A DNA stretch of 62,529 nucleotides, counting the filler. It is 9 parts of 9 records of this genome, joined end to end, with 100 filler letters (N's around TTAATTAATTAA, not from the genome) between each part and the next. Parts side by side here need not be neighbours in the genome. Positions count along the whole stretch, not along the records: positions 46,408 to 51,461 come from SRR31147125_130481; positions 51,562 to 57,026 come from SRR31147125_130816; positions 57,127 to 62,529 come from SRR31147125_131020; 6 more parts are not named here. One strand, written 5' to 3'. Below the pieces are notes generated by a model, which worked only from the letters and a program-made list of their open reading frames with translations, did not search any database and was not told the origin of the DNA. Each line of letters opens with the position of its first letter. Position 1 is the first letter of the stretch. The position numbers were made by a program, and so were the translations under genes. Positions 50,665 through 61,483 of this stretch are shown here, in pieces.

Positions 50665-51349
50665 GAACCGGAATTTTATACAAAATAAATTAAATTAAAG
50701 GCATTCCTTTTTGCCGGATTGGAGTTAATTGAACTATAAACTGCTAATTATACAGGATCTCTCCGACCACCTGCTGGCTGGTGTTTATATGTCCCTATAA
50801 CTATTTTTATTAAGACTTGCGAGATTTTAGAGCGGATAGTTCGCTGTAAGTCTATATTAATTAATATAATGAAATTGTGTTTGTTAGTCGAATTTATCGT
50901 TTACATACTACAGCTCTGAACAGAACATTTCGTATATTGTATTTGAATACCATTATTAACAAAATGGTACTTTTGTGGATTGTGTACAAGGGATGATAAC
51001 AGATTCTGGCATAATGATTGTATATGAATAATAAAGTTGCGAATTCAATTTTACACTGAATTCGCTTTAATAAGAGGATGTCACACCATTCATCTGGTAT
51101 TCATATAGTATTTACGTTTTTCATTCTCGGGGCTTCAGGTATAAAATCCTCTTTGTATGCAGAAAGTGGCAGCTAAATATTTTATTTACCACCTTGATGA
51201 GTTAACAATTTGTACATTTTTAGGCAAAATTTTCGTTCGATCTCTCATTGTTTTCTAAAATATCGCGTTTTTTAAGGATCAAAGTAATTCAAGAGAGAAA
51301 TCCACTATCGCAATAACACACATTATTATAGATTTCAAGAGGTGTATTT

Positions 51350-51461
51350 ATGAAAATACTGGTGGTTGATGATGACCGTAGCATTCGATTTGTTATTAAA
51401 AATATTTTCACATCAAAGGGGCATAATGTCATAGAAGCGTCAAGCGGGGAAGAGGGCGTCG
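51350..51461 (+). CDS. Response regulator receiver protein, 3'-partial
   Basis: GAGGTG RBS; MKILVVDDDRSIRFVIKNIFTSKGHNVIEASSGEEGV; not in ORF track. Confidence 0.8.
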
Positions 51462-51561
51462 NNNNNNNNNNNNNNNNNNNNNNNNNNNNNNNNNNNNNNN
51501 NNNNNTTAATTAATTAANNNNNNNNNNNNNNNNNNNNNNNNNNNNNNNNNNNNNNNNNNNN

Positions 51562-52384
51562 GCAGGATGGCCCCTTCACCGCGAAGCGTTTCGGTCACCA
51601 ATGCACGCGAGGCACCGGCGATATACAGCGTCGTCGGGTGAAACTGCATCATCTCCATGTCCTGCAGCACCGCCCCCGCCCGCCAGGCCATGGCCAGTCC
51701 GTCCGCAGTCGCGCATTCGGGATTAGTGGTTTCGCGGTACAGCCGGCCCGCCCCGCCGGTGGCTAAAATAGTCGCTCCCGCCCAGAGAATCTGCAACTGC
51801 CCGCCGGGACGATAGCCGATCACACCGACGCATTCGTTTTTATCGCCGGCCAGCAAATCAACCGTAAAGTAGTTCTCGATCATATTGATGTTGGGTGTTT
51901 CGCGGACTTTGCGCACCAGTGTTTCGGCGATGCCGCGGCCGGTCGAATCGCCGTGAGCGTGAACGACCCGGGCGTGGCTGTGTCCGCCTTCCAGCGAGAT
52001 ATCCATGTGCCCGTCGGTGCGGTCGAAATCAGTGCCCCACTCGGCCAGTTGATTAATCAGGGCCGGCCCTTCCTTGACGACAAGATCGACAATCTTCGGA
52101 TCGCCGATGCCGCAGCCGGTTTTGATGGTATCTTCAATATGCGATTCAAAGCTGTCAGCCGCGTCCAGCACCGACGCGATACCGCCCTGTGCGTTCCAGG
52201 TGTTGCTGTCGGAAAAGGTGCCTTTGCACACCAATGTCACATTGCAGGTTTGTGCCGCTTCCAGTGCGGCCCGCAGGCCTGCAATCCCGGAGCCGATGAC
52301 CAGACAGTCCGTGAAGGACTGCTGCATCGAAACAGTATTGACCGGTACCAAATATCGTCGAGCATCTGCCTGTCTTGCGGGCAT
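51562..52384 (-). CDS. nadB: L-aspartate oxidase, 3'-partial
   Basis: GSGIAGL, SNTWNAQGGIA, EGGHSHARVVHA, LATGGAG, QFHPT, TETLRGEGA. Confidence 0.88.
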
Positions 52385-52555
52385 GAGAGACTCCTTTGTC
52401 GCCAATTTTCATCTTCAATTAAATGTGTGATTTTACCGTATCGAGCGGTTAGAATCAATGAATAGTCCAAAAAATGATATTTTCATTAGACCCTTTTGCC
52501 CGTTTCGATTGTTCTATGGGATAGAAACGTTTCGAAACAGCTCATTGGAAAGCGG

Positions 52556-53095
52556 ATGGAAGACAGGCGGCTGATACATCGATGTAAACGCGGAGACAGA
52601 GAGGCTTTTTGCCGGATTTACGCCAAATACCGGGACCTGCTGTTTATAGTGGCGGTCTCGATTGTGCGGGACACGCACGCCGCGGAGGACATTGTCCAGG
52701 ATGTGTTTGTTGGTTTTGCGGAAAACATCGCTGATTTTCAACTAACCGGCAGCCTGAAGGCCTATTTGTCGGTGTGTGCGGCAAATCGGGCACGTAACCA
52801 GATGCGAAACTGCCGTCATCGGGATTGCCGGCTGGATGATCAGCCGGACGCCGCCGACCCGTCCATTGAGCCGGGCGAGCGGATTGCACTGAATGAACAA
52901 TTGCAGACAGTCGCGGCGGCGATGGAGCAACTGCCGTTTGAGCAGCGGCAGATTATCGCCCTGCGGCATTATGCCCGGATGAAAATTCGCGTAATCGCAC
53001 AGTCGCTGGACCTTTCCGAAAATACCGTCAAGAGCCGCTACCGGTACGGCATGGATAAGCTGCGGAAACTGTTAAACAATGAGGTGGCCAGATGA
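52556..53095 (+). CDS. ECF RNA polymerase sigma factor
   Basis: AEDIVQDVF region 2; LPFEQRQ...SENTVKSRYRYG region 4. Confidence 0.88.
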   Translation: MEDRRLIHRCKRGDREAFCRIYAKYRDLLFIVAVSIVRDTHAAEDIVQDVFVGFAENIADFQLTGSLKAYLSVCAANRARNQMRNCRHRDCRLDDQPDAADPSIEPGERIALNEQLQTVAAAMEQLPFEQRQIIALRHYARMKIRVIAQSLDLSENTVKSRYRYGMDKLRKLLNNEVAR

Positions 53096-54282
53096 AACCC
53101 GCAGAAACGATAAACAATCTGTTTGAAAACTCAAGAGTTACCATTGACCCGGCGGTGGATGATGCGATTCTGGACAAGGCCCTTGCGGCTTTGCCGGAGC
53201 GGGCCGCAGCCGGTCATCATAGATGGAGAAAGATTATGCACAGCAAACTCACCAAAGCCGCGATTACCGCGGGGATTATTATCATCGTGTATGGCCTGAC
53301 GCTCTCGGAGAAGGGCGTCACTGAGGCGTATGCGATTGAACAGACACTTGAAGCGATGAAAACCGTCAAAAGCGTTCATTTCAAGGCAGAGCTATATAAA
53401 CAGGGTGACATTGAATGCTGGATGCTGTTTGACCCGCCGCTTCGCAAACCCACGCATGTTTGTTTGTATATGCCGGGATTTCCGATTCGCAAGATTGATT
53501 CGCCCAAAGGCTCTTTCGCGTATAATGAAAGCACAAACCGGTACCGTGTCAACCGGCGGGATGAACGCAAAACTAACTGGTATTTGGATTTCGCCAACTT
53601 CTTTGAAGAGTCACTTGAAAAAGTCGAATTCTCCGGCGAGTCCATCACAATTGACGAAAAGTTCGACGATGAATTACAAAAGCAGGTCGTTGTTGTCAGC
53701 GTTGATGAAGGTGATCGCCAGTGCCGGTATCTCATCGACATGGAAACGAAACTGCCGATTCGCTTTACGTCCTCGGAGACGACCGATTTAATGAAGTGGA
53801 TGCGGCAAACCATTGCGGTTAAAAACATGAGCCTCATTGAGTACAATCTGCCCGATCCGGAGGGACTGTTTGATATCCCTGCGGATGCCGAACGGGTCGC
53901 CGAGGAAATTGACGTGATGATTCGCCCGGGCAGTGGAATGGAAGTCGGCAATTTAACCCACCAGCAAGCCTGTGAAAAACTGGCCGAAGCATTTGTTGAA
54001 GCTGTGGCAGCGTTTGATTTTGAAAAAGCTAAATCATTGTATTTTCCGCTGATGGTTCCGCCGCCGGAGAAGCTCGCCGCGATGAAACTGGCGAAAAAGG
54101 CAACCGGCGACAAACCGCTCATTGAGATTCTGGAACTGGGACAGGCCCACGAAAACGGGCCGTATTGGATTTTGCCCTGCAAAGTGCGGGAACTGGGCAA
54201 CAAGATTAAAAACGATCCACTGCGGATTCGCTTTTATGAACTCGACGGCATCCAATACTGCATCATCGCCATGCCGGATTAA
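53092..54282 (+). CDS. Putative membrane anti-sigma factor with extracytoplasmic domain
   Basis: ATGA overlap with ECF gene; WRKIMHSKLTK + single TM + AYAIEQTLEAM. Confidence 0.65.
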   Translation: MKPAETINNLFENSRVTIDPAVDDAILDKALAALPERAAAGHHRWRKIMHSKLTKAAITAGIIIIVYGLTLSEKGVTEAYAIEQTLEAMKTVKSVHFKAELYKQGDIECWMLFDPPLRKPTHVCLYMPGFPIRKIDSPKGSFAYNESTNRYRVNRRDERKTNWYLDFANFFEESLEKVEFSGESITIDEKFDDELQKQVVVVSVDEGDRQCRYLIDMETKLPIRFTSSETTDLMKWMRQTIAVKNMSLIEYNLPDPEGLFDIPADAERVAEEIDVMIRPGSGMEVGNLTHQQACEKLAEAFVEAVAAFDFEKAKSLYFPLMVPPPEKLAAMKLAKKATGDKPLIEILELGQAHENGPYWILPCKVRELGNKIKNDPLRIRFYELDGIQYCIIAMPD

Positions 54283-54458
54283 ACCGCCATATCGAAAATC
54301 TAAACGTTCCCTGGATGCTATTTCGGGGAGCGTTTTTTCTTGAATGATTCATAGATTCATACACAATTCTGATTATTTCTATAATTTTCTTCATTTTCCT
54401 GTAATTTGATAGCGTTTTTGCGTCTATTGGATAGACAGGCGGATAGCAGGAGTGGGTA

Positions 54459-54988
54459 TTGACAAACAATGTGATTGAAAATTTGGTTTTGCAGACAAAA
54501 AAAGGAGATAAAGCCGCATCGCCCAGTTGATTCGCCTACTGTATAAGCGGATGTACCTGGTCTGCTACGGCATTATCGGCGACGAGCACCACGCGGGAGA
54601 TGTTTCACAAGAGGCATTTTTGAAAGGATTTTTAAAACTGAAAAGCCTTCGCACTCCAGGCCATTATGACCGTTGGATTGGGGAAATCGCTAAAAACCTT
54701 TCATTAAGCTTTATCCGACGCAGGAAGAAACATCGGCCTGTTATACAAACAATTAAGGCAATATGGCAAGGCAATCGCATATCACCAGAAAGTTCTCGAT
54801 GAATATTCTTATCCGCAATGGGCTATTGCTACAAAGAAATGAACGAAATCGAAAAGGCTATCGATGCTTTTGAAAAATGTCTGGAAATAACAAAAAACAG
54901 ACCGGTAAAACCGAAAAATCCAGAGCGTCATGCAATGTTCATAAAAACACTTGAAGACAATATCAAGGAATTAGAAGCATCCTTATAG
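54459..54988 (+). pseudogene. Relic: ECF sigma region 2 abutting C-terminal TPR fragments
   Basis: GDKAA/AGDVSQEAFLK sigma motifs with frameshift and no region 4; then IGLLYKQLRQYGKAIAYHQKVL and MGYCYKEMNEIEKAIDAFEKCL in other frames. Confidence 0.65.
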
Positions 54989-55026
54989 CTGACTAAGTAC
55001 TTACCAATCGCAAATTCAGAAAGTTT

Positions 55027-57026
55027 CTATGGCGACATCACCGACTCGGCGTGTACCATTTCCAGATAATGATACGGAAAGACCTTGCGAAAATTTAATC
55101 GTTCAGCGAGCTCAAACAGCCTTTGTTGATGCTCGGGATACCGTGTCCCCAGTGCCGTTAATACCACCGACTTGAGTTGTGTTGTCATGGACATTTGATA
55201 AATCCGATCAATGTCCGTCGCCGCTCCGCTTTTCAGACACGCGGCAACACATCGCTCGTTATAACCGGCCTGCGCCAATTGTTTCATCGCTTCGTCCAAA
55301 AAGAGCGTCGCTTTTTCCATATTTCCAAGCCGGGTCTCCGACACATACAGCATCAACAATGCTGACGGCGAAAAAGCATCCAAAGACTCTAAAAAAGTAT
55401 CTGGCGCGCTGTCTTTAAGATTCAACGTTAAAATAAGCTGAGTCCAAAGGTCGTTCGGCTCACCCACTATCTGCAAATACGTCTGGAAATCACCTTCGAT
55501 ATAAGCACTCTATTTCATTTGCTTTTGCAGTTGCCTGACGGTTTCGGCGGGAAGAGCCTGCCCACTGTCCTCATAGTACTGAACATAGAGTCCTTTGGCC
55601 TGCGGCTGTTGGCCCTGACTGACCAACATCTCCGTTTCTGCCGACACCCACATAAAATCACTGTTTTTTCGTTTCTGCATCCGGCAATAGTACAACGCGG
55701 CATCCATTTTACCGGTCGCAATCAGCATATCAAAATAAAACGGGGCAAAATCACGATTGTCCGGGTCGGTTTGAAGTGATTTTTCAGACAAGGCCTGAGC
55801 CGCGTCAAACTCCCCGCTGGCCGCGGCATGATAGCCCAGTGCGTGATAGCCGTAGGCACAGGGAGTCGGGCCGGAAACGGATTTGTTCAGCCAGGAAACG
55901 GCTTGTTTATTATCATCTTCGATCACCCGTCCCATGAGATACTGCGCCGCCGGATTGTCCGGATCGTTCTGAAGCCGGGCTTGGTACTCCTTCACCAAAT
56001 CGACTTCCGGCATCACCTGCGGAACGAGCCCCTGATATGCACGATGCCAGTTAATTCGAACCGGTTTGGCATCTAAACCGTCGCGAATGATTTCGATAAA
56101 TTGCAGCGACTCGACACAATACGACAACTGATTCAAATAGAGATCGTTTTCGGGTTCATAATAAAGGTTCTTTTGCAGATACGTCACCAAAACCTCATTA
56201 CCCAAGTGTTCGGAAATCACATTCGGTAAATCCTCACGCCGAACCTCTGATTCCGGCAGCATCGTAATCTGCTGGCGAGATTCAACCGTCGAGGCGGACG
56301 ACAGACTGATCTCATCGGGAAACTCTTTGAACGGCAGCCCGATCTCATCAAACACATAAAATGATTCCCCGATATACAATTTCCATTGCGTCTCGGGAGC
56401 CCGATCCGGACTGACGGCGTAATACATCTTCGCCCACAGCACCGGGGCCACCTGATCCGGATTAATGACATAAACACGCTTCATGAACGGCCGCCACAAA
56501 AATGAAGACTGAAGCTTCAGGGATTGCTCTGCAATCCCCAAACCCGCGGCCGACATTTGAACATCACCTTCTGGAATTGCGATTTTTCGATAACCGTATT
56601 TCGGCATGGTATACGTCTTGTCGTTCAACGTCACCTCATAAGAACGCGCCAACCCATTGACCAGATACACCGTGGGGTGCATCCCGCAATAAAACGCCAT
56701 CACCATAACGACCAAGATCGCCGCGACGACAACCGCCCCTGCAATCGCCCAAGCCTTTTTACTGTTAACAGGCGTCTTTTCACGTCGCCGGCTTTGCCCC
56801 TGAACGCCCTGCTTGCTCTTAATCGGTTTGTTGGAATGGAGATTTTTTTCGGACAGCTTTCGCGTCTTTTTGTACTCCTTTTGTTTAGCCATCGACGGAT
56901 CCATCTCGATAATGATATCGAGTAATTCAATCGCATCCTGATGTCGGCCCGTTCCCTGATAACCGTCCACCAGCGCAGCAGCCGGCCGGCCTTCTCTGAA
57001 ATACGTCGGTCAATGATATGCCGAAA
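55027..57026 (-). CDS. Membrane-anchored TPR protein, 5'-partial, interrupted by one in-frame TAG at 55510-55512
   Basis: ORFs 55510-56970 and 55027-55476 are in the same frame with an open linker SAYIEGDFQTY; TM segment and TPR helices. Confidence 0.65.
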
Positions 57027-57185
57027 NNNNNNNNNNNNNNNNNNNNNNNNNNNNNNNNNNNNNNNNNNNNTTAATTAATTAANNNNNNNNNNNNNNNNNN
57101 NNNNNNNNNNNNNNNNNNNNNNNNNNCCCCCGCACTTGAAATCCCCACTCCGATCCCATGAATCATACCCCATTCAAGATCTGAA

Positions 57186-59107
57186 TTACCGGGCTTCCGT
57201 ATGGTGAAGCCCGTAGTAAAATCCCTTTTTCTCCATTAATGTCTCATGGGTGCCCTGCTCTGAAATAATCCCGTCTTTGAGGATAATAATCTGATCTGCC
57301 GTCACAGCCGATCGCAATCGATGAGCAATGGTGATGGAGGTTCGATTCTGTTTCAGCTTGCTTGTGGCGATTCGGATCTTCTCTTCGGATTCCGTATCCA
57401 CGTAGGAGGTTGCCTCATCAAAGATGATGAGATCCGGCTCATGGGCAAACGCCCTGGCAATGGAGATCAGTTGCCGCTCCCCACTGGAGAGTGAAGCCCC
57501 CCTTGTGAAATGGGCGTATCAAGCCCTTGAGGAAGCTGGGTCACAACGGCGTCGGCATACGACATGACCAGAATCTCTTTGAGGTGTTCCTCGGAAAGCG
57601 GGCCTCCCGGCGGCTGGATATTTTCCCGAACCGTACCGGAAAAGAGGTAGGGATCCTGAGTAACAATTGCCACTCGAGATCGAATGGCCCGGGTGCGATA
57701 CCCTTCAATCCCTTCTCCGTTAATAAGAATCCGTCCATTGTCGTGGGAGTAGAACCGGACAATCAGATTCATCAGCGAAGTTTTACCCGACCCGGTGGGA
57801 CCCAAAATCGCAAGAGATTTTCCTTGGTGAATCTGGAATGAGACATCCCGAATCACCTGATTCTCTTCCCCCTTTTCATATTGAAAAGACACCTGTTTAA
57901 ACTCCAGCGTCTCAATTTGGTGCAACGCTTTGGTGCCCCCGAGTCTATCTTCTTCGGTATCTAAAATCTGAACAATCCGTTCCGCAGAAGAAAGGGCATT
58001 TTGCAAAATGTTGTGCTTTTCGGAAAGATCCCGAATGGGGCGAAACAGCATCTTGGTATAGGATATGAACGCAACCAGGGTCCCGAGGGAGAAATTTTCC
58101 GTAACCACCCGACCGCCCCCGTAAAAAATGATCACCGCCACTGCCATGGTGCTGAAAAGATCCACCATGGGCATGAAAAGCCCCATGATCCGAATCTGCC
58201 GCATTCCTGCCAGGTAGTTATCATGGTTGAGAATTTTGAAATCCGCCATCATCTGCCTTTGACGGGTAAAGAGTTGAATCACCTTAATTCCGTTGACCGA
58301 TTCGGAGAACATGGCGTTGATTTCCGCCACATTGGCCCTCAAAAACCGGTACACCTCCCTGGAAAGCTTTGAGAATCCCCATGTGGTGAGCCAAACAAAG
58401 GGAAGGATCACAAAGAGACACCCAGCCATTCGAATATCCATGACCACCAGGATCACTAAAATCCCAATCAGCATGAAGATGTCTTTCATCACAAAGGTAA
58501 TGATGGATGTAAAAAATTCCTGCATATTCTGCACATCATTGGTGACCCGGGTGGAGATCCTGCCCACCGTGTTTTTGGAAAAGTAGACCAGGGGGAGGTT
58601 TTGAATGTGGGAAAAAATATGCATCCTGAGATCGTGCATCATGCGCTGCCCCGCATACTCCATGACAATGATCTGGCAAAAATTGAGTATAAATCGAACG
58701 AATGCCAATACAATGAGAAGAATTCCCGCCATCACGGCGTTAAAAAGATAGCGTTCCCGCACCTTCCATGGATTTTCACTTTTCTCTCTTCCGGAGTGTT
58801 CATCCGGCAACGATTGGTTATCCGGTAACGTGACCGTGGCTTGGGATGATGAGGGTCCCTGCTCAGGTATTGCCTGAATTTTTTCAGTCAGTGCCATTCC
58901 CGGCAAAATATAGTCATCCACAGCGGTTCGCGTGACCACTGGAACGACGATTTCCGTGATGGAAAGAAGAATCATCAACAGAATGGAAACAGAAACTAAA
59001 GAGACATTTTTTTTCACAAACGGAGAAAAGCGAGCGAGCAGGGTCCAATCCTTTTTCTCATCCGGATCAACCTCACTGTAAGTACCTCTGCCAAGAGCGT
59101 TTTTCAT
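57186..59107 (-). CDS. ABC exporter permease/ATPase subunit (MdlB/YheH-like), frameshift near 57497
   Basis: TM domain, GPTGSGKT, TQDPYLFSGT; LSSGERQL, DEATS and IAHRL continue in the second frame to 57186. Confidence 0.88.
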
Positions 59108-60900
59108 TGATTGCTCTCCTGCATCCGCCATGCCCCGGCATAATACCCACCGGCGTCGACCAGCGCATCATGGGTTCCCTGTTCCGTAATCCGCCCCTGT
59201 TGAAGTACGATGATATGATCCGCTTTTTTGAAAATGGAGAATCTGTGGGAGATGATAATGATGGTACGTTTACCGATCATGGCGTCAATCACCTTCGTGA
59301 TTCGCGATGCAGTCTGCATATCCACCTGACTGACGGGATCGTCCAGAATCATGATGGGGGCATCCGGTTTTAAAAATGCCCTGGCCAGTGCGATACGCTG
59401 TTTTTGACCGCCGGAAAGCATGACCCCTTTTTCTCCGATGACCGTCTCGATCCCCTTGGGAAATCCTTTGATGGTCTCCGTCAACTGCGCCATCCGCAGT
59501 ACTTTTTCGATTTCTCCTTCATCGGCATTCGATTTTCCAAAGAGAAGATTGTCGCGAATGGTTCCTGAAAAAAGAAACGGTTCCTGGGGCATGAACGTAA
59601 TCGATTCCCGCAATAGATCCAAAGGAATCTGTTCAACCTTCGTGTCATCTATGGATACATATCCCGTCTGAAGATCATAGAGTCTTGGAATCAATGAGGC
59701 CAAGGTACTTTTGCCGCTTCCCGGTGGACCGGCAATGCCCAATAATTTCCCCTGATCCTGCACTATTTTGATATTGGAAAGGATGGAAGTCCCCTCTTCT
59801 TCATACCGAAACGATGCACTCTTGAATTCGATTTTTCCCTCAATTTTCTCGGAAAATTCACACCTATTCGGCGTCTCGGCGCCCCTATCTTTCAGCCCTT
59901 GCTCAGGCGATAGGGGATAGCGTTTCTTCTCGCAAACGGCGGCTTCGGAGGGAACATCCAAAATCGAATTGATCCGATCAATGGATGCCCTCCCCCGCTG
60001 GATCAAATTGGCGACCCATCCGATGGCCATCACCGGCCAGGTGAGCAGTCCCAGATAGCTGATAAAGGCCACAAAATCACCGGGGGTGATATGGCCGTAA
60101 ATCGCCTTTCTCCCCCCATATCCCAGCAAAATGGCCACGCTGAAGTTATTCAATAAAATAACCACCGGAATGATCAAGCCTCTCAGTTTGACCAGATCCA
60201 TATTTTTCTTGATGTAAATCTCGGACTCCGTGTTCATGGCCCTGTTTTCAAGGTCTTCCCGATTGAATGCCTTGATGATCTTTATTCCGGCAAACCGCTC
60301 CCGGGTAGACTCCATGAGATCGGAGAATGACGATTGAACATCCCGATAGGCGTTGAAAAGCCGTTTACTGAGCACTTTCGTGACCAGCGCCACAAACGGC
60401 ATGGGAAGCAGCGCCACAACCGTCAGCTCGAGATTGATGTAGGCCATGAAAAAAATGGACGCAATCCCCAAAATGACGGTATCGGTCAGTGCGACAATTC
60501 CCATCCCCAGGGCCAGGCGGATACTGTTCATGTCATTGGTGGCATGGGCCATGATATCGCCGGCGGTGCGATGATCAAAAAAAGTGGACGGCAGGGTTTG
60601 GACGTGGTTGTAGAGTCGCTGGCGAATGCCCTCTTCAGCCCGTTTGGCCGATCCCATGATCAATATCCGCCAGAAATACCTGAAAACGACGATCAAAAGA
60701 GCGGCAGCGATGATGGCGGCGGCATATTTGAACAGCCCACCACGGGAAATTTCTTGAAGGGTGATGCCGTCTATGGCCCACTTGATGATGCGGGGAATGA
60801 ATAACTGCAGGATGTCCACAGCCAGTAATGAGAGAAAACCGGCGATAATGTGGAATCGACGCTCTATGAGATAGGGTTTTATTAGATCGAATTGTTTCAA
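59104..60900 (-). CDS. ABC exporter permease/ATPase subunit (MdlA/YheI-like, degenerate Walker B LDD)
   Basis: GPPGSGKS, LSGGQKQR, ILDDP, ISHR. Confidence 0.9.
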   Translation of the reverse strand: MKQFDLIKPYLIERRFHIIAGFLSLLAVDILQLFIPRIIKWAIDGITLQEISRGGLFKYAAAIIAAALLIVVFRYFWRILIMGSAKRAEEGIRQRLYNHVQTLPSTFFDHRTAGDIMAHATNDMNSIRLALGMGIVALTDTVILGIASIFFMAYINLELTVVALLPMPFVALVTKVLSKRLFNAYRDVQSSFSDLMESTRERFAGIKIIKAFNREDLENRAMNTESEIYIKKNMDLVKLRGLIIPVVILLNNFSVAILLGYGGRKAIYGHITPGDFVAFISYLGLLTWPVMAIGWVANLIQRGRASIDRINSILDVPSEAAVCEKKRYPLSPEQGLKDRGAETPNRCEFSEKIEGKIEFKSASFRYEEEGTSILSNIKIVQDQGKLLGIAGPPGSGKSTLASLIPRLYDLQTGYVSIDDTKVEQIPLDLLRESITFMPQEPFLFSGTIRDNLLFGKSNADEGEIEKVLRMAQLTETIKGFPKGIETVIGEKGVMLSGGQKQRIALARAFLKPDAPIMILDDPVSQVDMQTASRITKVIDAMIGKRTIIIISHRFSIFKKADHIIVLQQGRITEQGTHDALVDAGGYYAGAWRMQESNQ

Positions 60901-60981
60901 ATCAGTGGCTGCAGAACCGCCCTTTCACATAGTGTTGCGTTGCTCCTCAATGCTTGCCGAAAAAGCCTGATGATAGCTGAG

Positions 60982-61442
60982 CTATGAATATTTTTTCTTT
61001 CTCTATCCAGTTCCCGTTGCATATCTCGATTCTTGATGCTTTCCCGTTTGTCGTACAGCTTTTTACCTTTTGCAAGCCCGATCTGTACTTTGACTTTTCC
61101 GTTTTTAAAATAAACTTTGAGCGGTACAATGGTAAATCCTCTTTCAGCGACTTTCCCGATCAGCTTTTTAATCTCTCGCTTATGGAGCAACAGCTTTCTG
61201 CTTCTAAGGGGCTCGTGATTGTCATAATAGGCATATTTGTACGGCGTCACGTGCATCTGACGAAGAAAGACCTCTCCGTTTTTGATGTCGGCATAGGCAT
61301 CTTTCAAGTTTACCTTGCCCTGACGAATCGATTTGACCTCCGTCCCCCTCAGCACGATTCCCGCCTCCACCTCATTGGAGATGTGATAGTCATGTCGGGC
61401 TTTTCTATTATTTGCGATAACTTTTATGTGGTTTTGGTCCAT
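60982..61442 (-). CDS. smpB: SsrA-binding protein
   Basis: NRKARHDY, EAGIVLRGTEVKS, RKLLLHKREI, GKKLYDKR; true end probably RERKKYS* at 60982 (A-run error extends the ORF to 60897). Confidence 0.95.
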
Positions 61443-61483
61443 AATTAATTTTTACCCTAATTAAGTGAATAACCCCTCAATCC

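Noticed and set aside
5022-57126. Recurring TTAATTAATTAA as a biological repeat
   Set aside because: Always embedded in fixed-length N-runs; it is an assembly linker, and cross-linker gene associations are invalid.
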